In this document: one piece after another, positions 35,010 to 46,551 of the stretch
How the letters are laid out: each line of letters begins with the position of its first letter
Position numbering within the stretch: the first letter of the stretch is position 1
DNA from: Heterodontus francisci
Taxonomy: Eukaryota
Direction: 5' to 3'
DNA length: 64,000 nt
Assembly (NCBI RefSeq): GCF_036365525.1
Contig: NC_090396.1
Coordinates: forward strand, 40,846,689 to 40,910,688
Notes under the pieces: generated by a model
The model's input: only the letters and a program-made list of their open reading frames with translations
Told to the model about the DNA's origin: nothing
The model's database searches: none
Position numbers and translations under genes: made by a program

Positions 35010-36866
35010 TTGGGCACAAGGGGATTATTATCGGATCACAAATGGTGTTGCTGTTTCCTGGGTGAAGACTCAATATCCAAGGTGAGCCTGTGGATTGTTG
35101 GTTATAATAGGGCTCCTTGAAGTTGCAGCCTGAAGGAAGGTCAGACATGATCTCTCCCAGAATAAATTAGATTCAGAATTAACTAAACAATGATACCTGA
35201 AAAATTCTCAGATTTAGATGTTATTGCCAAAATTGTTACAGTCTTTTATGAGTACTGGGATATGAAAGAGCTGCTTTGAGTAAAGTTGGAACACGCTGTT
35301 ATCGTACAGAGGTGACATCAACTAAGGTATCCAAAAAGGAGAAAGGTCCTTCCTTGGGTATTAAGATATATCAGGATAAAGACAGGGATTTGGGATTAAA
35401 AAGACAGAGCTGTTACAAATTAACAAAAATAGAAGGTAGTCGAATAGCCAGAGTGACCTACTCTTGTTTCTCCTGAAGGGATGTGCTGGTCTTTGGAAGG
35501 TGGTTGGAATGAAGATGGGACGAGACTGGATAGTTCTGGATTTCTTTTGCTGACTTTGAATTTTTCATCAAGAACACTTAAATTGTTCATTGAGTTTGAA
35601 AAAAATGTGAAGTGAAGTAAATTTCATTTTAAACTTGACAATTTTTAAAAAGTAGAAGTGAAACTTTTAATGCAGCTCAAAGAGCTGTGGATAGTGATCA
35701 TCCTGCACCTGCAGTTGAGGCATTGCTCTCAAAATTCTCAGTTCCATTTTCATATCATATTAATACTGATTTCCTTCCTAAATTTAAAGGAGACTTGTAT
35801 GCTGCATTAATAAGGAAACACTAATTAAGAGAGATAATAAATTATACTGTGATTAAGTATTTCATGAAATGAGGGGAACATATTAAATCAGTAAACTATT
35901 AATGTCAATTAATATATATGTAACAGCATTCGTAAAAGAGGCAGTTTATTTTAATGTTTGGAAGCTGCAGGTTTTATTCCTTAGTCTGAAGATTTTAGCT
36001 GATTTTTATTGTTGCAACTGAGACTAATTGAAAAACAATCCTATTTTGTTTGTGATAGAAGCAGAAGTCTGTCACGCATATTTCTATTCTATAAAAATGT
36101 CTGCATGTTTGTGACCTGTTGTATGCATGCAACACTTGCAGATGTGTGTCTTGGCACCTTGGAGCTATTCTCTGTATTGATCTATCTGATATGCAGGTTG
36201 GATGTTAAAAGCAATCAATGCATCAGGATGTCAGAAAGACTGTTGGCTGCCTGAATGCTAAATTGGCTAATAACATGATTGCTTGCCCAATGTTGAAAAA
36301 AAACTACAAGATGATAAGCTGAAATATCATTATTATTTAAAGGACAGTTTTGGCTTATATGCACTCTGTAAAAATTTAACTAGATTAGGCTTTAAAAATT
36401 GAAGATAATGACACAAATACTGAAGATATTGGCAACATGAAATGTTCATGATGACACTTGTTTCTTATAGTTTCAAACAACAGGTAATTCAAATAAGGGC
36501 AGATGGCTTATAATAAATTGCACTCAACAAATTACAATCTTTTAAGTCCATTTGATGGATTGATTGCTCATGTACTGAAACTAAAATACTATTTAGCATC
36601 TCTAATGTCTTTATTACATAGAACATTCATAACTTACTGTTGCTGGGAAGAATTGCTGTGCCTGAAAAATGACTGAGAAGATCAACATCGAGAGCAATTT
36701 TCATGTGGTTATCAAATGACTGGAATACGGAGGTGGTTTCAGCCTTGTCTCACACTGACACGCATTGAATGCCTTGTATTAAATAATGAAGGTATAACAT
36801 TATATGAATGGGTCTTCTCTCTGTCACCTGGGTCAACCTTGACTGGGTAATATCTACTGACTATAT

Positions 36867-37750
36867 TGTTATGACCAGGTGAGAAAGGGGTGTAGGGGTT
36901 CCCTCTCAGCCTTTGCCTTGTATACCCGAGGTAGGGTTTACTTTTAAAACACAGTGTTTTTAGCTCTTGCTCAGTGAATCCTTGTTCACTGCTGTTCAAT
37001 TGCAAGGCAAAGAAATCAACCAGACAGGTTTTCTTAAATTTAAACAAGAAAGGTGGAAGTTTATTAACCTTAAACTCTAATTCAGTTAGCGACGTGACCA
37101 CGCTAGCATGCATATGCAATAAACACATGCAGATAGAGAAAGAAAAGTAAAAAGAATAAAGGGGAAAAGTTTGAGGCGATAGCTGGGATTTATTTACGGT
37201 CCTTTGAATGTGATGTAGAGTCTTTGATTGCCAGTAAGTCTTGCCATTTTGTGGGGCCCAGTGCACGCTTGAAAACTTATTCCCATGTAGGAGTCTTTTC
37301 TCTCTTGAGGTTAGAGTGACTTCAGTGGATCCAGAGATTCATGAGAGCGAGACCTAGCCAGGAGAGAGGCGCTCTTCTTCCAAGTTCCGTTGCAATCTGA
37401 CAAACTGTGCTGTGAGCTCTTCAAATGAAACCTGGGCCAGCGAGTTAGTCATGTGGCTAGCTGTTCTAACATACTCCTGCGTTTGTGGATTCTCCATCTT
37501 AGCAGACACCCTGGAATGCTGGCTTTCTTACACATTCAATGTCTGGTGATCAAAATCCATTTGGGTTAATTGGATCAAGGAGCCGTTCTATTATCTCCAG
37601 GCACTGTCTCTCAGTATGCTCATATTTTCCAGCCACCGCTGATCTCTTTAAAAAAATCATCTCTTCCTTCCTTCCAGCAACAGTTTAAAATTAATGTTCA
37701 CATGACAGAATTAATATGCCTCATTCGTGGCAGGTGGGGTCTTCATGACA
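36867..37750. mobile_element. Solo LTR (Gypsy-like)
   Basis: TGTTATGA..TCATGACA termini and 4-bp TSD atat/atgt. Confidence 0.7.
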
Positions 37751-39696
37751 ATGTTAAGGATGGAGAACATTTGGTTAGTTCTGACAGAAGCCTTTATGTT
37801 TAGTGAACAGAGTATACAGCTCAATGGGATTTTAATTTTTATCTTCAGAAATCTGTATAGTATCTGTATGAGCTTTCTCAGAGGGAGATCAAATCGTTGT
37901 GGAATTCCCAGGACTATGTGCTTTCTTAATTGAAAACAACCCATTATCTATAAAGTTTTCTTTGTTATGTACTTCTTGGAGGATACGGAGTAATTTTTCA
38001 TATGTCAGAACTTGTGCTCTATACAGAGTTGTTTGAATTCTGGTAGCATTGCTCAATCTTGAAACACCTTGCACCCTAATTAGTAAAGCAGCTGGATGTT
38101 GGGCATTGATTGGATACTCATAACAAATGGTAGTTTTCCTGTTGGCCCCAGAATTAATGTGTAATTCTCCCTCTGTAACTCAGCAAGATCAAAAGAACCT
38201 TTAGAATGCTACTTTTTTTTTCTTGTACATATGAACAACTTAATCCAAAATATTTTAATAGTTTAATTCTGTAGCTTTCTGGGGAAGTTCTGACCGCAGT
38301 ATACAAAAGATGTATTGGGAAATCTTCTAATACTAGGGCTGCTTTTGTGTTTACACTTATGTACTTAAGAGGAGAAACAAAAATCTTTGGGCCCACAAGT
38401 GCTTACCACTATCCTTAGCTGATTTCATTGCCTGATGTCAACCTTTCCTTCCCCTAATCTTCTGTTAAATATTCCTCTCTCACCCTTCATGGTCAATCAA
38501 ATAGCCCCCAGAAGGCCTGAAAACAAAGGAGGAAAAAGAGAGTTGATTTGGAGAGTGAGCACATACAGACTTAATGGTCTTTTCTCATCCTCAATATATA
38601 AAAAAGGAAACACAATGCGCCCCTAACAAAATTATAATTGAGAATGGATTACTTTTACAATCCATATGCTCTGATCCGCTCAATCTATTACCTTTTTGAA
38701 GGCTTTTAAGTAATCAATGTTCACTACCTCCTACGGAATCGTGTTCCACAGAACTGTGGAATAGAATTCCTACAAGGTAATAAACACCAAATACTTACAG
38801 TTCCTGCCTTGCTCCTAGTCCATCTGTCCCCAAAACCTCAAACAAACAATCTTTTTTTATTCATGTTTGGGATGTGGGCATTTATTGCCCATCCCTAGTT
38901 ATCCTTGAGAAGATGGTGATGGACCTTCTTCTTGAACCACTTTGTAACAGTTTGATATAACTGTGTGGCTTGCTAGGTCAGAGGGAGGTTAAGCATCACC
39001 CATATTGGTGAGCAACTGGAGCAACCTATAGGCCAGATGAGGTAAAGATGGCAAGTTCACTGCAGGACATTAGTGAATCAATTGGATTTTTAGAACCATC
39101 CAACAGATTCATGGTCATTTTTACCGATAATGTATTATCAGATTTTAAGAAAAAAAATGAACTTAAATTCTTAAACTACCAAGGTGCGTTGGAACGCGAA
39201 TTAGTTGAATTATTAGTCTAGTTCTTTTGATTACTAGTCCAGTAACACAACCACTTCACCACTGCACCTATCTGGCATCCTTTTTCTATTTGAAAAATCG
39301 TAAATATCTGTGTCAGATCCTCTCTAAGTTTCCTTTTTCTTGTAATTACAATCCTAAAGCATTAAGTATACGTTCAAACTTTAATGCTTCCTTGTTGCTG
39401 TTTGCACCTGCTCCTGGGTCATAATGTCCTTCTTCATTTGACTTCTGATAAGTTTGTATTTGTGAGAACACTTAAGCTGTATCCCAAGAGAATTTGAGTT
39501 AGAGTGGTGTGAAAGATAGTACAGAAAAACCTTGTGATTGATTTCTGGTGCTCGATAATTTTTGTTCAGGTGACCAACTCCTTGCTTTTAAAATTTTGTT
39601 GGTTTGCAAGCCATGAATCACAGCTATCATTCAGAGCATCTAATAGAAATGAATCTGGAATTCTCAATTATTTCCAAATAATCTCAGGATGTGGAT

Positions 39697-39863
39697 TCGT
39701 GTTCTCTCTAGGGTGCATGAATACACCGCAACTCAGTTGCTGCACAGGCCACTCACACATTGGCCCATTTGTGTTAATTCACATGGATGGCAGCACAAAA
39801 TATTTTAAATCTACCGCGCATTGAAATACAGGCCGCGTACAACAAAATTAGAGAGGAACATTG
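39697..39863. mobile_element. Small hAT-type MITE
   Basis: Imperfect TIR tgttctctcta / tagagaggaaca and 8-bp TSD atgtggat / atatggat. Confidence 0.6.
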
Positions 39864-40219
39864 ATATGGATAAGTCACCATTTATTGCCTTACCCTTGTT
39901 TGCCTGACAAGTGAGATAGTGTGGGACTGGAATCACACATTGACAAGACTAGGCTAGATTAGTCCTTCCAACCAGTTGTTTTTTACAACAGTCTGGTACT
40001 GATGTGATTATCTTCTTTGTGGTGCTAACCTACCAATTTAGCAGATTTATTGAACTCATTTTCAAAATCTGAGTTGCTATGACACTGCCATACTCCACTG
40101 AATATACCTCTGACCTTCAGCTGCTCCTTATCTCCTGGTTACGTCCAGCTTCCTAAATGCATAAGGCCTCATTGCCTGCTTCATGTCTGCCTCAGGTTCC
40201 TTTCTTGCTCATCCTTCTG

Positions 40220-41598
40220 TCATAGAAACATAGAAACATAGAAAGTCTAAGGCACAGAAAGAGGCCACTTGGCTCATCATGTCTGTGCCAGCCGAAAAAT
40301 AATCCACCTACTCTAATCCCACCTTCTAGCATTTGGTCTGTAGCCCTGCAGATTACGGCACTTGAAGTGCATGTCCAGACTCCTTTTGAAAGAGTTGAGG
40401 GTTTCTGCCTCAACTACCCTTTCAGGCAGTGAGTTCCAGACCATCACCAACCACCCTCTGGGTGAAAAAGTTTTCCTCATCTCCCCTCTAATTTTTCTAC
40501 CAATCACTTTTAATCTATGCTCCCTAGTCACTGACCTCTCTACTAAGGTGAATAGACCCTTAACCTCCACTCTATCCAGGCCCCTCAAAGTTTCATACAT
40601 TTCAATCAGATCTCCCCTCGGCCTTCTCTGTTCAAAGGAGAACAACTCCAGCCTATCCAATCTTCCCTCATAGCTGCATTTTTCCAGCCCTGGCAACATC
40701 CTCATAAATCTCCTTTATATCCTCTCTAGTATAATTACATCCTTTCTGTAATGAGGTGACCAGAACTGCAGACAGTACTCAAGTTGTGGCCCAACCAATG
40801 AGTTATACAGTTCCAGCATAACTTCCCTGCTTTTATATTCTATACCTCGGCTAATAAAGGAAAGGATTCCATATGCCTTCTTAACCACTTTATCAACTTG
40901 TCCTGCTACCTTCAGCGATCTGTTGACATTCATTCCAAGGTCCCTTACTTCCTCTACACCTCTCAGTACTTTCCCATTAATTGTGTATTCCTTTGCCTTG
41001 TTTGACCTCCCCAATTGCATCACCTCACACTTCTCCAGGTTGAATTCGATTTGCCACTTTTCTGCCCATCTGACCAGACCATCAATATCTTCCTGCAGCC
41101 GACAGCTATCCTCCTCGCTATCTAATACATGGCCAATCTCTGTGTCGCCTGCAAACCGCTTGATCATGCCCCCTGCATTTACGTCCGAATCATCAATATA
41201 TACCACAAAAAGCAGGTGACCCAGTACTGAGCCCTGCGGAATGCCACTGGAAACAGCCCTCCAGTCGCAAAAAACACCCATCAACAATTATCCTTGTTCC
41301 CTGCCACTGAGCCAATTTTGTATCCACCTTGCTGCATTTCCCCGGATCCCATGGGATTTTTTTTTAACCAGTTTGCCATGTGGGACCTTGTCAAAAGCCT
41401 TGCTAAAATCCATGTAGACCACATCAACTGCACTACACTCATCTATCTTCCTCGTTACTTTTTCAAAAAATTCAATCAAGTTGGTCAAACAAGATCTTCC
41501 CTTAACAAATCCATGCTGACTATCCTTGATTAATCTGCGCCTTCCTAAGTGACAGTTTATCCTGTGTCTCAGAATAGATTCCAATAATTTTCCCACTA
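40220..41598 (-). mobile_element. 5'-truncated CR1 LINE
   Basis: QHGFVKGRSCLTNL, GIPQGSVLG, LEYCLQFWSP; (catagaaa)n tail. Confidence 0.92.
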
Positions 41599-42136
41599 CT
41601 GCCCCCTCTTCCACTTCTGAAATAAGTGAATAACTGTCTCATTATCAGAATTCTAAGTTATGAGGAAAGATAAAGCAAGTTAAGCTTTATCTCTTTGGAA
41701 AAGTGAAGAATTTGAGGAGGCGTCACCAAAGGTTATGATGGAGGTTAACAATGTTGATCCAGCCAAGTTGTTCACAATGGAGAACTCCACCCAAAGCATT
41801 GTGGAATAAGTTAACCATTTAAGCAAATGATATCAAAGTAAATCCTAAACATAGTTCAAATAGATCACAAGATGTGGGCAGGAATTTTGCCGTTGTTGGC
41901 AGCTCAGAGATTGGGCAGGCGGAAGCAGGTGCAGAATCTCTCCCGCTCTGCACCTAACTGCCTCCACTATCGCGCGTGAGGCAGCAAATTAGCGGCCCTG
42001 TGGAGTATTCTGAATGAAAAGGGCGCATGTGGGTGGGAGGCTGAGCATCGACAGGGGTGGGGCAAGAGCCGGAAGTTGTTGCTGAAAGCCGTTTTAAAGG
42101 GCTTTCAGCAACCTCTGTGGCTCTGAGAGGCTTACC

Positions 42137-43310
42137 TTTTTTTTATTCATTCATGGGATGTGTGCGTCACTGGCTAGGCCAGCATTTATTGCCCATCCCT
42201 AATTGCCCTTGAGAAGTGGTGGTGAGCTGCCTTCTTGAACCGGAGCAGTCCATGTGAGGTCGGAACACCTACAGTGCTGTTAGGAAGGGAGTTCCAGGAT
42301 TTTGACCCAGCGACAGTGAATGAACGGCGATATAGTTCTAAGTAAGGATGGTGTGTACCTTGGAGGAGAATTCACAGGTGGTGCTGTTCCCATGCATCTG
42401 CTGCCCTTGTCCTTCTAGTTGGTAGAGGTCGCGGGTTTGGAAGGTGCTGTCTGGGGAGCCTTGGTTTGTTGCTGCAGTGCATCTTGTAGATGATACACAA
42501 CGCTGCCACTCTGCGTCGGTGGTGGAGGAAGTGAATTTTTGTGGATGGGCTGCCAATCAAGCGGGCCGCTTTGTCCTGGATGGTGTCGAGCTTCTTGAGT
42601 GTTGTTGGAGCTGCACCCATCCAGGCAAGTGCAGAGTATTCCATCATACTCCTGACTTGTGCCTTGTAGATGATGGACAGGCTTTGGGGAGTCAGGAGGT
42701 GAGTTACTCGCCACAGGATTCCTAGCCTCTGACCTGCTCTTGTAGCCATGGTATTAATATGGCTACTCCAGTTCAGTTTCTGGTCAATAGTAGCCTGTAA
42801 CATGTTGATAGTGGGGAATTCAGTGATTGTAATGCCATTGAATGTCAAGGGGAGAGGGTTGGATTCTTTCTTGTTGGTGATGGTCATTGCCTGGCACTTG
42901 TGTGGCGTGAATGTTACTTGCCACTTATCAGCCCAAGCCTGGATATTGTCCAGGTCTTGCTGCATTTCTACACGGACTGCTTCAGTATCTGAGAAGTTGC
43001 AAATGGTGCTGAACATTGTGCAATCATCATCGAGCATCCCCACTTCTGACCTTATGATTGAAGGAAGGACATTGATGAAGCAGCTGTAGATGGTTGTGCC
43101 TAGGACACTAGCCTGAGGAACTCCTGCAGTGATGTCCTGGAGCTGAGATGATTGACCTCCAACAACCACAACCATCTTCCTTTGCGTTAGGTATGATTCC
43201 AACCAGCGGAGAGTTTTCCCCCTGATTCCCATTGACTTCAGTTTTGCTAGGGCTCCTCGATGCTATACTCAGTCAAATGTTGCCTTGATATCAAGGGCAG
43301 TCACTCTCAC
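42137..43310 (-). mobile_element. CR1-group LINE fragment nested in the Harbinger element
   Basis: ALDIKATFD, GIRGKTLRWLESYL, GVPQASVLG, YKAQVRSMMEY; TSD-like cttacc/ctcacc. Confidence 0.88.
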
Positions 43311-43467
43311 CTCACCTGCAGCAAGGAGGACGTTGGGAGGAGCAACTGCATATCTCCAAAGGAAAAACAGAAGCCTGAGGGTGAAAGCACTGGGAGGAGG
43401 ACTTAAAGTGCCCACTAATCCAACAATTGTATATAAAACAGAACCCCACCAGAACCCACTGGCAGCA

Positions 43468-45310
43468 ATGGAAGGGAGAAGTAGCCGCATGGCCTCTGCT
43501 TCTCAGAGGACTCCTTACATCTCCTCCTCGAGGCTGCTGAGGCAATGCAGGAGGTCCTGTTCCCATTCCAACAGAAGAAGGAGGCCTTCCCAAGTCACAA
43601 AGAAGGCATGGCTGGAGGTAGTGAAGGAGGTCAGCAGCCACGGAGTTTTTAGGAGGACATGGCTCCAGTGCCGTAAGCAGGTCAATGAACTTCTGTGCTC
43701 TGCCCGGGTAAGGAGCATTCTGCAGTTATCTCATCTGTTATGTGACACGGGACGGTTAATGGGTGCTGATGCTGCAAAGTCAAAGCAATTCATGTTCAAT
43801 GATTGGCTGCAGCCATGCCTTGGGCTGTATAATGGGAACATCTGCGACACAGAGTGGTTCAGATTTGTTCCATCCGTGCACTTCATTGGCATTGGTTTGA
43901 GATGCAGCACTCAGCCCAAGGGGTGAGTGGGTGATCTTCCAAGTGATATGTCTTAACTAATTGCTTTGTGTATACACAGGAGAATAGGGCAGAGAAAGGT
44001 CCCGGACCGGTGGCGGAGTGGCCAACCTGGCATTTTTGAGTAGTCTGGAGGAGGATGCGTTGACACTAGCAGGGGAGGACGGAAGACGCGCTATAGCTGA
44101 TGGCGAGGCCGGCACACCTGGCCAGGAGAGTGAGTTCCCCAGTGTGTGGTTGAGGGGAGCGGCGGTGGGGGGGGGGGGGGGGGTGAGGGGGTGGGTGGTT
44201 GGGAGGGGGGCATGTGGGTGGAGGGAGGGGCATCTGGTGATTATTTCAGGCACTGAAGGGTGCTCTCAAACGTAAAATCACACCAATATGCCCACACTGC
44301 AGTCTATAACATGTCCCCCAGTCAGGAGTGCTGAACACAACGGATCATTCTGATTTTCCCTGCGGGTGAAACACAGCAGCAGCCAGGAAGCATCTCTGGG
44401 GCTCATCTGTCCACCTCTGAGGATGAGAAGGGGACCTCAGAGGGTGCAGCATCATGTCCTCTCCCCGCAGCAAGCGCCAGCTCAGAGACATTCACCTCGG
44501 TTGGAATGCATGTCTCCTTAGATTCATGGTCACAAACTGGTGTCAGCACCACACAAGTGCCGGACCAGCTGCCAGAGGCAGTGCAGCTGATGCCTCTGAC
44601 AATCGGAGGACTGTGGGAGGCCAGGCCAGTGCAGAGTCACAAGTCAATGATGAGACTCTGCTGGCATCCATTGGGCAGGATATGCTGCAAGTGCAGCAAA
44701 CGATGTGTGGAGATCTGGCGGAGTTACCAGAGACTTTGCGTGCTATGACTCAGACTTTGGAGATGTCCATCCAGGGCTTGAGTACTGCACATTCTCTGTC
44801 ATCTGCCCATCAGGTTTCCTCCACTGACAGATTAGTGGCTGTGTTGGAGGGCCCGATCCTGGAGGCCATGCATAACTTCACAGAGTGGGCTCCATGGACC
44901 AGAGCACTAGAGATCTGTCTCTGATGCTCAGGTGACATTTGGAAACTGCTCATTCCTCTGAGGTTAGCAGAGAGGACCAATTGAGCCTCGAGAGGGCACA
45001 GGGGCAGCAGCAGAATGCATAGGGGGCTCTTCTCAGGGCACTCCTGATGAATCCTGCAGCTCCTTGTCCCCTCTGCCAGTGACATCAGCACCACATAATC
45101 CAAAGGTGTCACAGGGTGTTCCTGAGACTCCTCAGGGCCACCTTGACATGACGCGGCCCACAAGGCCTCGGGCAGACGGAGGACGCCGGCCAAAGTCATC
45201 CAAAGCAATGTGGCAGCCCACTCAGCCAGCTGCCTCTGTTGTGGCTGGCGGCGAGGGATCATCCACATGCGTGAGCACTCGCAAATGTTTCAAAAAAAAT
45301 CACACTAATA
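43468..45310 (+). pseudogene. Harbinger Myb/SANT-like DNA-binding protein gene, spliced and decayed
   Basis: TATAAAA at 43432. Exon 43468-43707 KKAWLEVVKEVSS..RTWLQCRKQVNEL|gtaag; exon ~43980-44129 RTGGGVANLAFLSSLEE|gtgagt; then a coiled-coil-like last exon. Confidence 0.75.
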
Positions 45311-45663
45311 GCACTCCGAGGTCACAGGTGCGATTTGTAAATATTTATTTGATGTATAAACGCAGTAAAATTTATTACATTTTTCACTTGGCATTTTCAT
45401 ATGTCACAAGTCATTGCTGATGTTGTAGGTGAGCTGGTTGATCTGCATGAGAAGGATTACTTGAGAGGTGACACATTTGGGCTGGGTGGTGTTTGATGGA
45501 AAGGTGGCCTATATCAGCTGAGATTTCCCCCTGAAGGTGAGTGCTTTTGCGCTTCCAGCTCCTGTTAATGCCTCATCTCAGACTGCCATGTCAGTTTATG
45601 GTTGATGAGACTCTGTTCAGGAGAAACACCTGAGTATTAGAGCCTCCCGGGTCTCCCTTGCAC

Positions 45664-46551
45664 TTAACTCCCCAAAGCTCCAGCTCTCTCTCCCCGCCAT
45701 TCAGGAGGCTGGGGCTCCTCTTCCTCATCTGTATCACCATCCTCGTCTGAGGATGCCTCGCGCTGAATTCGATCATCTTCCAGGGCCTTTCCCCTCTCCA
45801 TCGCCAGGTTATATAAAGCGCAGCAGACAACAATAATTCTAGAAACCTTTGATGGCGAGTACTGCCGGGCTCCACCTGACCGATCGAGACACCACAATCT
45901 CATTTTGAGAAGACCTATAGTCCGTTCTATGGTCACTCTGGCGATCACATGGCTCTCATTGTAACGTTCCTCTGCCTCATTCCTTGGGTTCCTCACTGGT
46001 GTCATCAGCCATGTCATCAGCGGATAATCCCTGTCACCAAGTGTCCATCCTTGCAGGCATTCAGGAGGGCTGAATAGTGCTGGCACCTGGGTGTTCCGGC
46101 GAATGAATACATCGTGACTGCTTCCAGGATAATGAGCACCCACCTGCAAGATTCCCTTCCAGTGGTCAAAGACGATTTGAACATTCATTGAGTGGAACCC
46201 CTTTTGATTAATGAAGGCCCCTGACTGACCTGTAGGTGCTCTAATGGCCACATGTGTACAGTCTATTATGCCTTGGACCATGGGGAACCCAGCAATGGCA
46301 CTGAAATCTCTGGCTTTCTCGGCGTGACTGGCAGCATCTGTCTGGAACTTGGTGAACTGGTTGGCACGCCTCAATATGGCAGTCACCACCTTAATGCAGT
46401 GATGCGCTGATGCTTGGGAGACTCTGCACATGTCTCCCGATGAAGCCTGGAACGAGCCTGATGCATAGAAATTTAGTGTGACTGTTAGCTTCAATGCGAG
46501 CGGCATTGGATAGCCACCCACGCAGTTGGAAGTGACCTCCGCTGCCAGCAT
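45664..46551 (-). CDS. Harbinger (HARBI1-like, DDE_Tnp_4) transposase, frameshifted upstream of this ORF
   Basis: LNFYASGSFQ, GFPMVQGIIDCTHVAI, YPGSSHD, LGDRDYPL, RVTIERTIGLLK; acidic tail. Confidence 0.92.
   Translation of the reverse strand: MLAAEVTSNCVGGYPMPLALKLTVTLNFYASGSFQASSGDMCRVSQASAHHCIKVVTAILRRANQFTKFQTDAASHAEKARDFSAIAGFPMVQGIIDCTHVAIRAPTGQSGAFINQKGFHSMNVQIVFDHWKGILQVGAHYPGSSHDVFIRRNTQVPALFSPPECLQGWTLGDRDYPLMTWLMTPVRNPRNEAEERYNESHVIARVTIERTIGLLKMRLWCLDRSGGARQYSPSKVSRIIVVCCALYNLAMERGKALEDDRIQREASSDEDGDTDEEEEPQPPEWRGERAGALGS

Noticed and set aside
38480-38700. Possible conserved enhancer or TATA-containing element
   Set aside because: Only short motifs; unsupportable without comparative data.
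45664-46551. Host HARBI1 gene
   Set aside because: It sits inside TIRs and a TSD with a frameshifted N-terminus, so it is a transposon copy.
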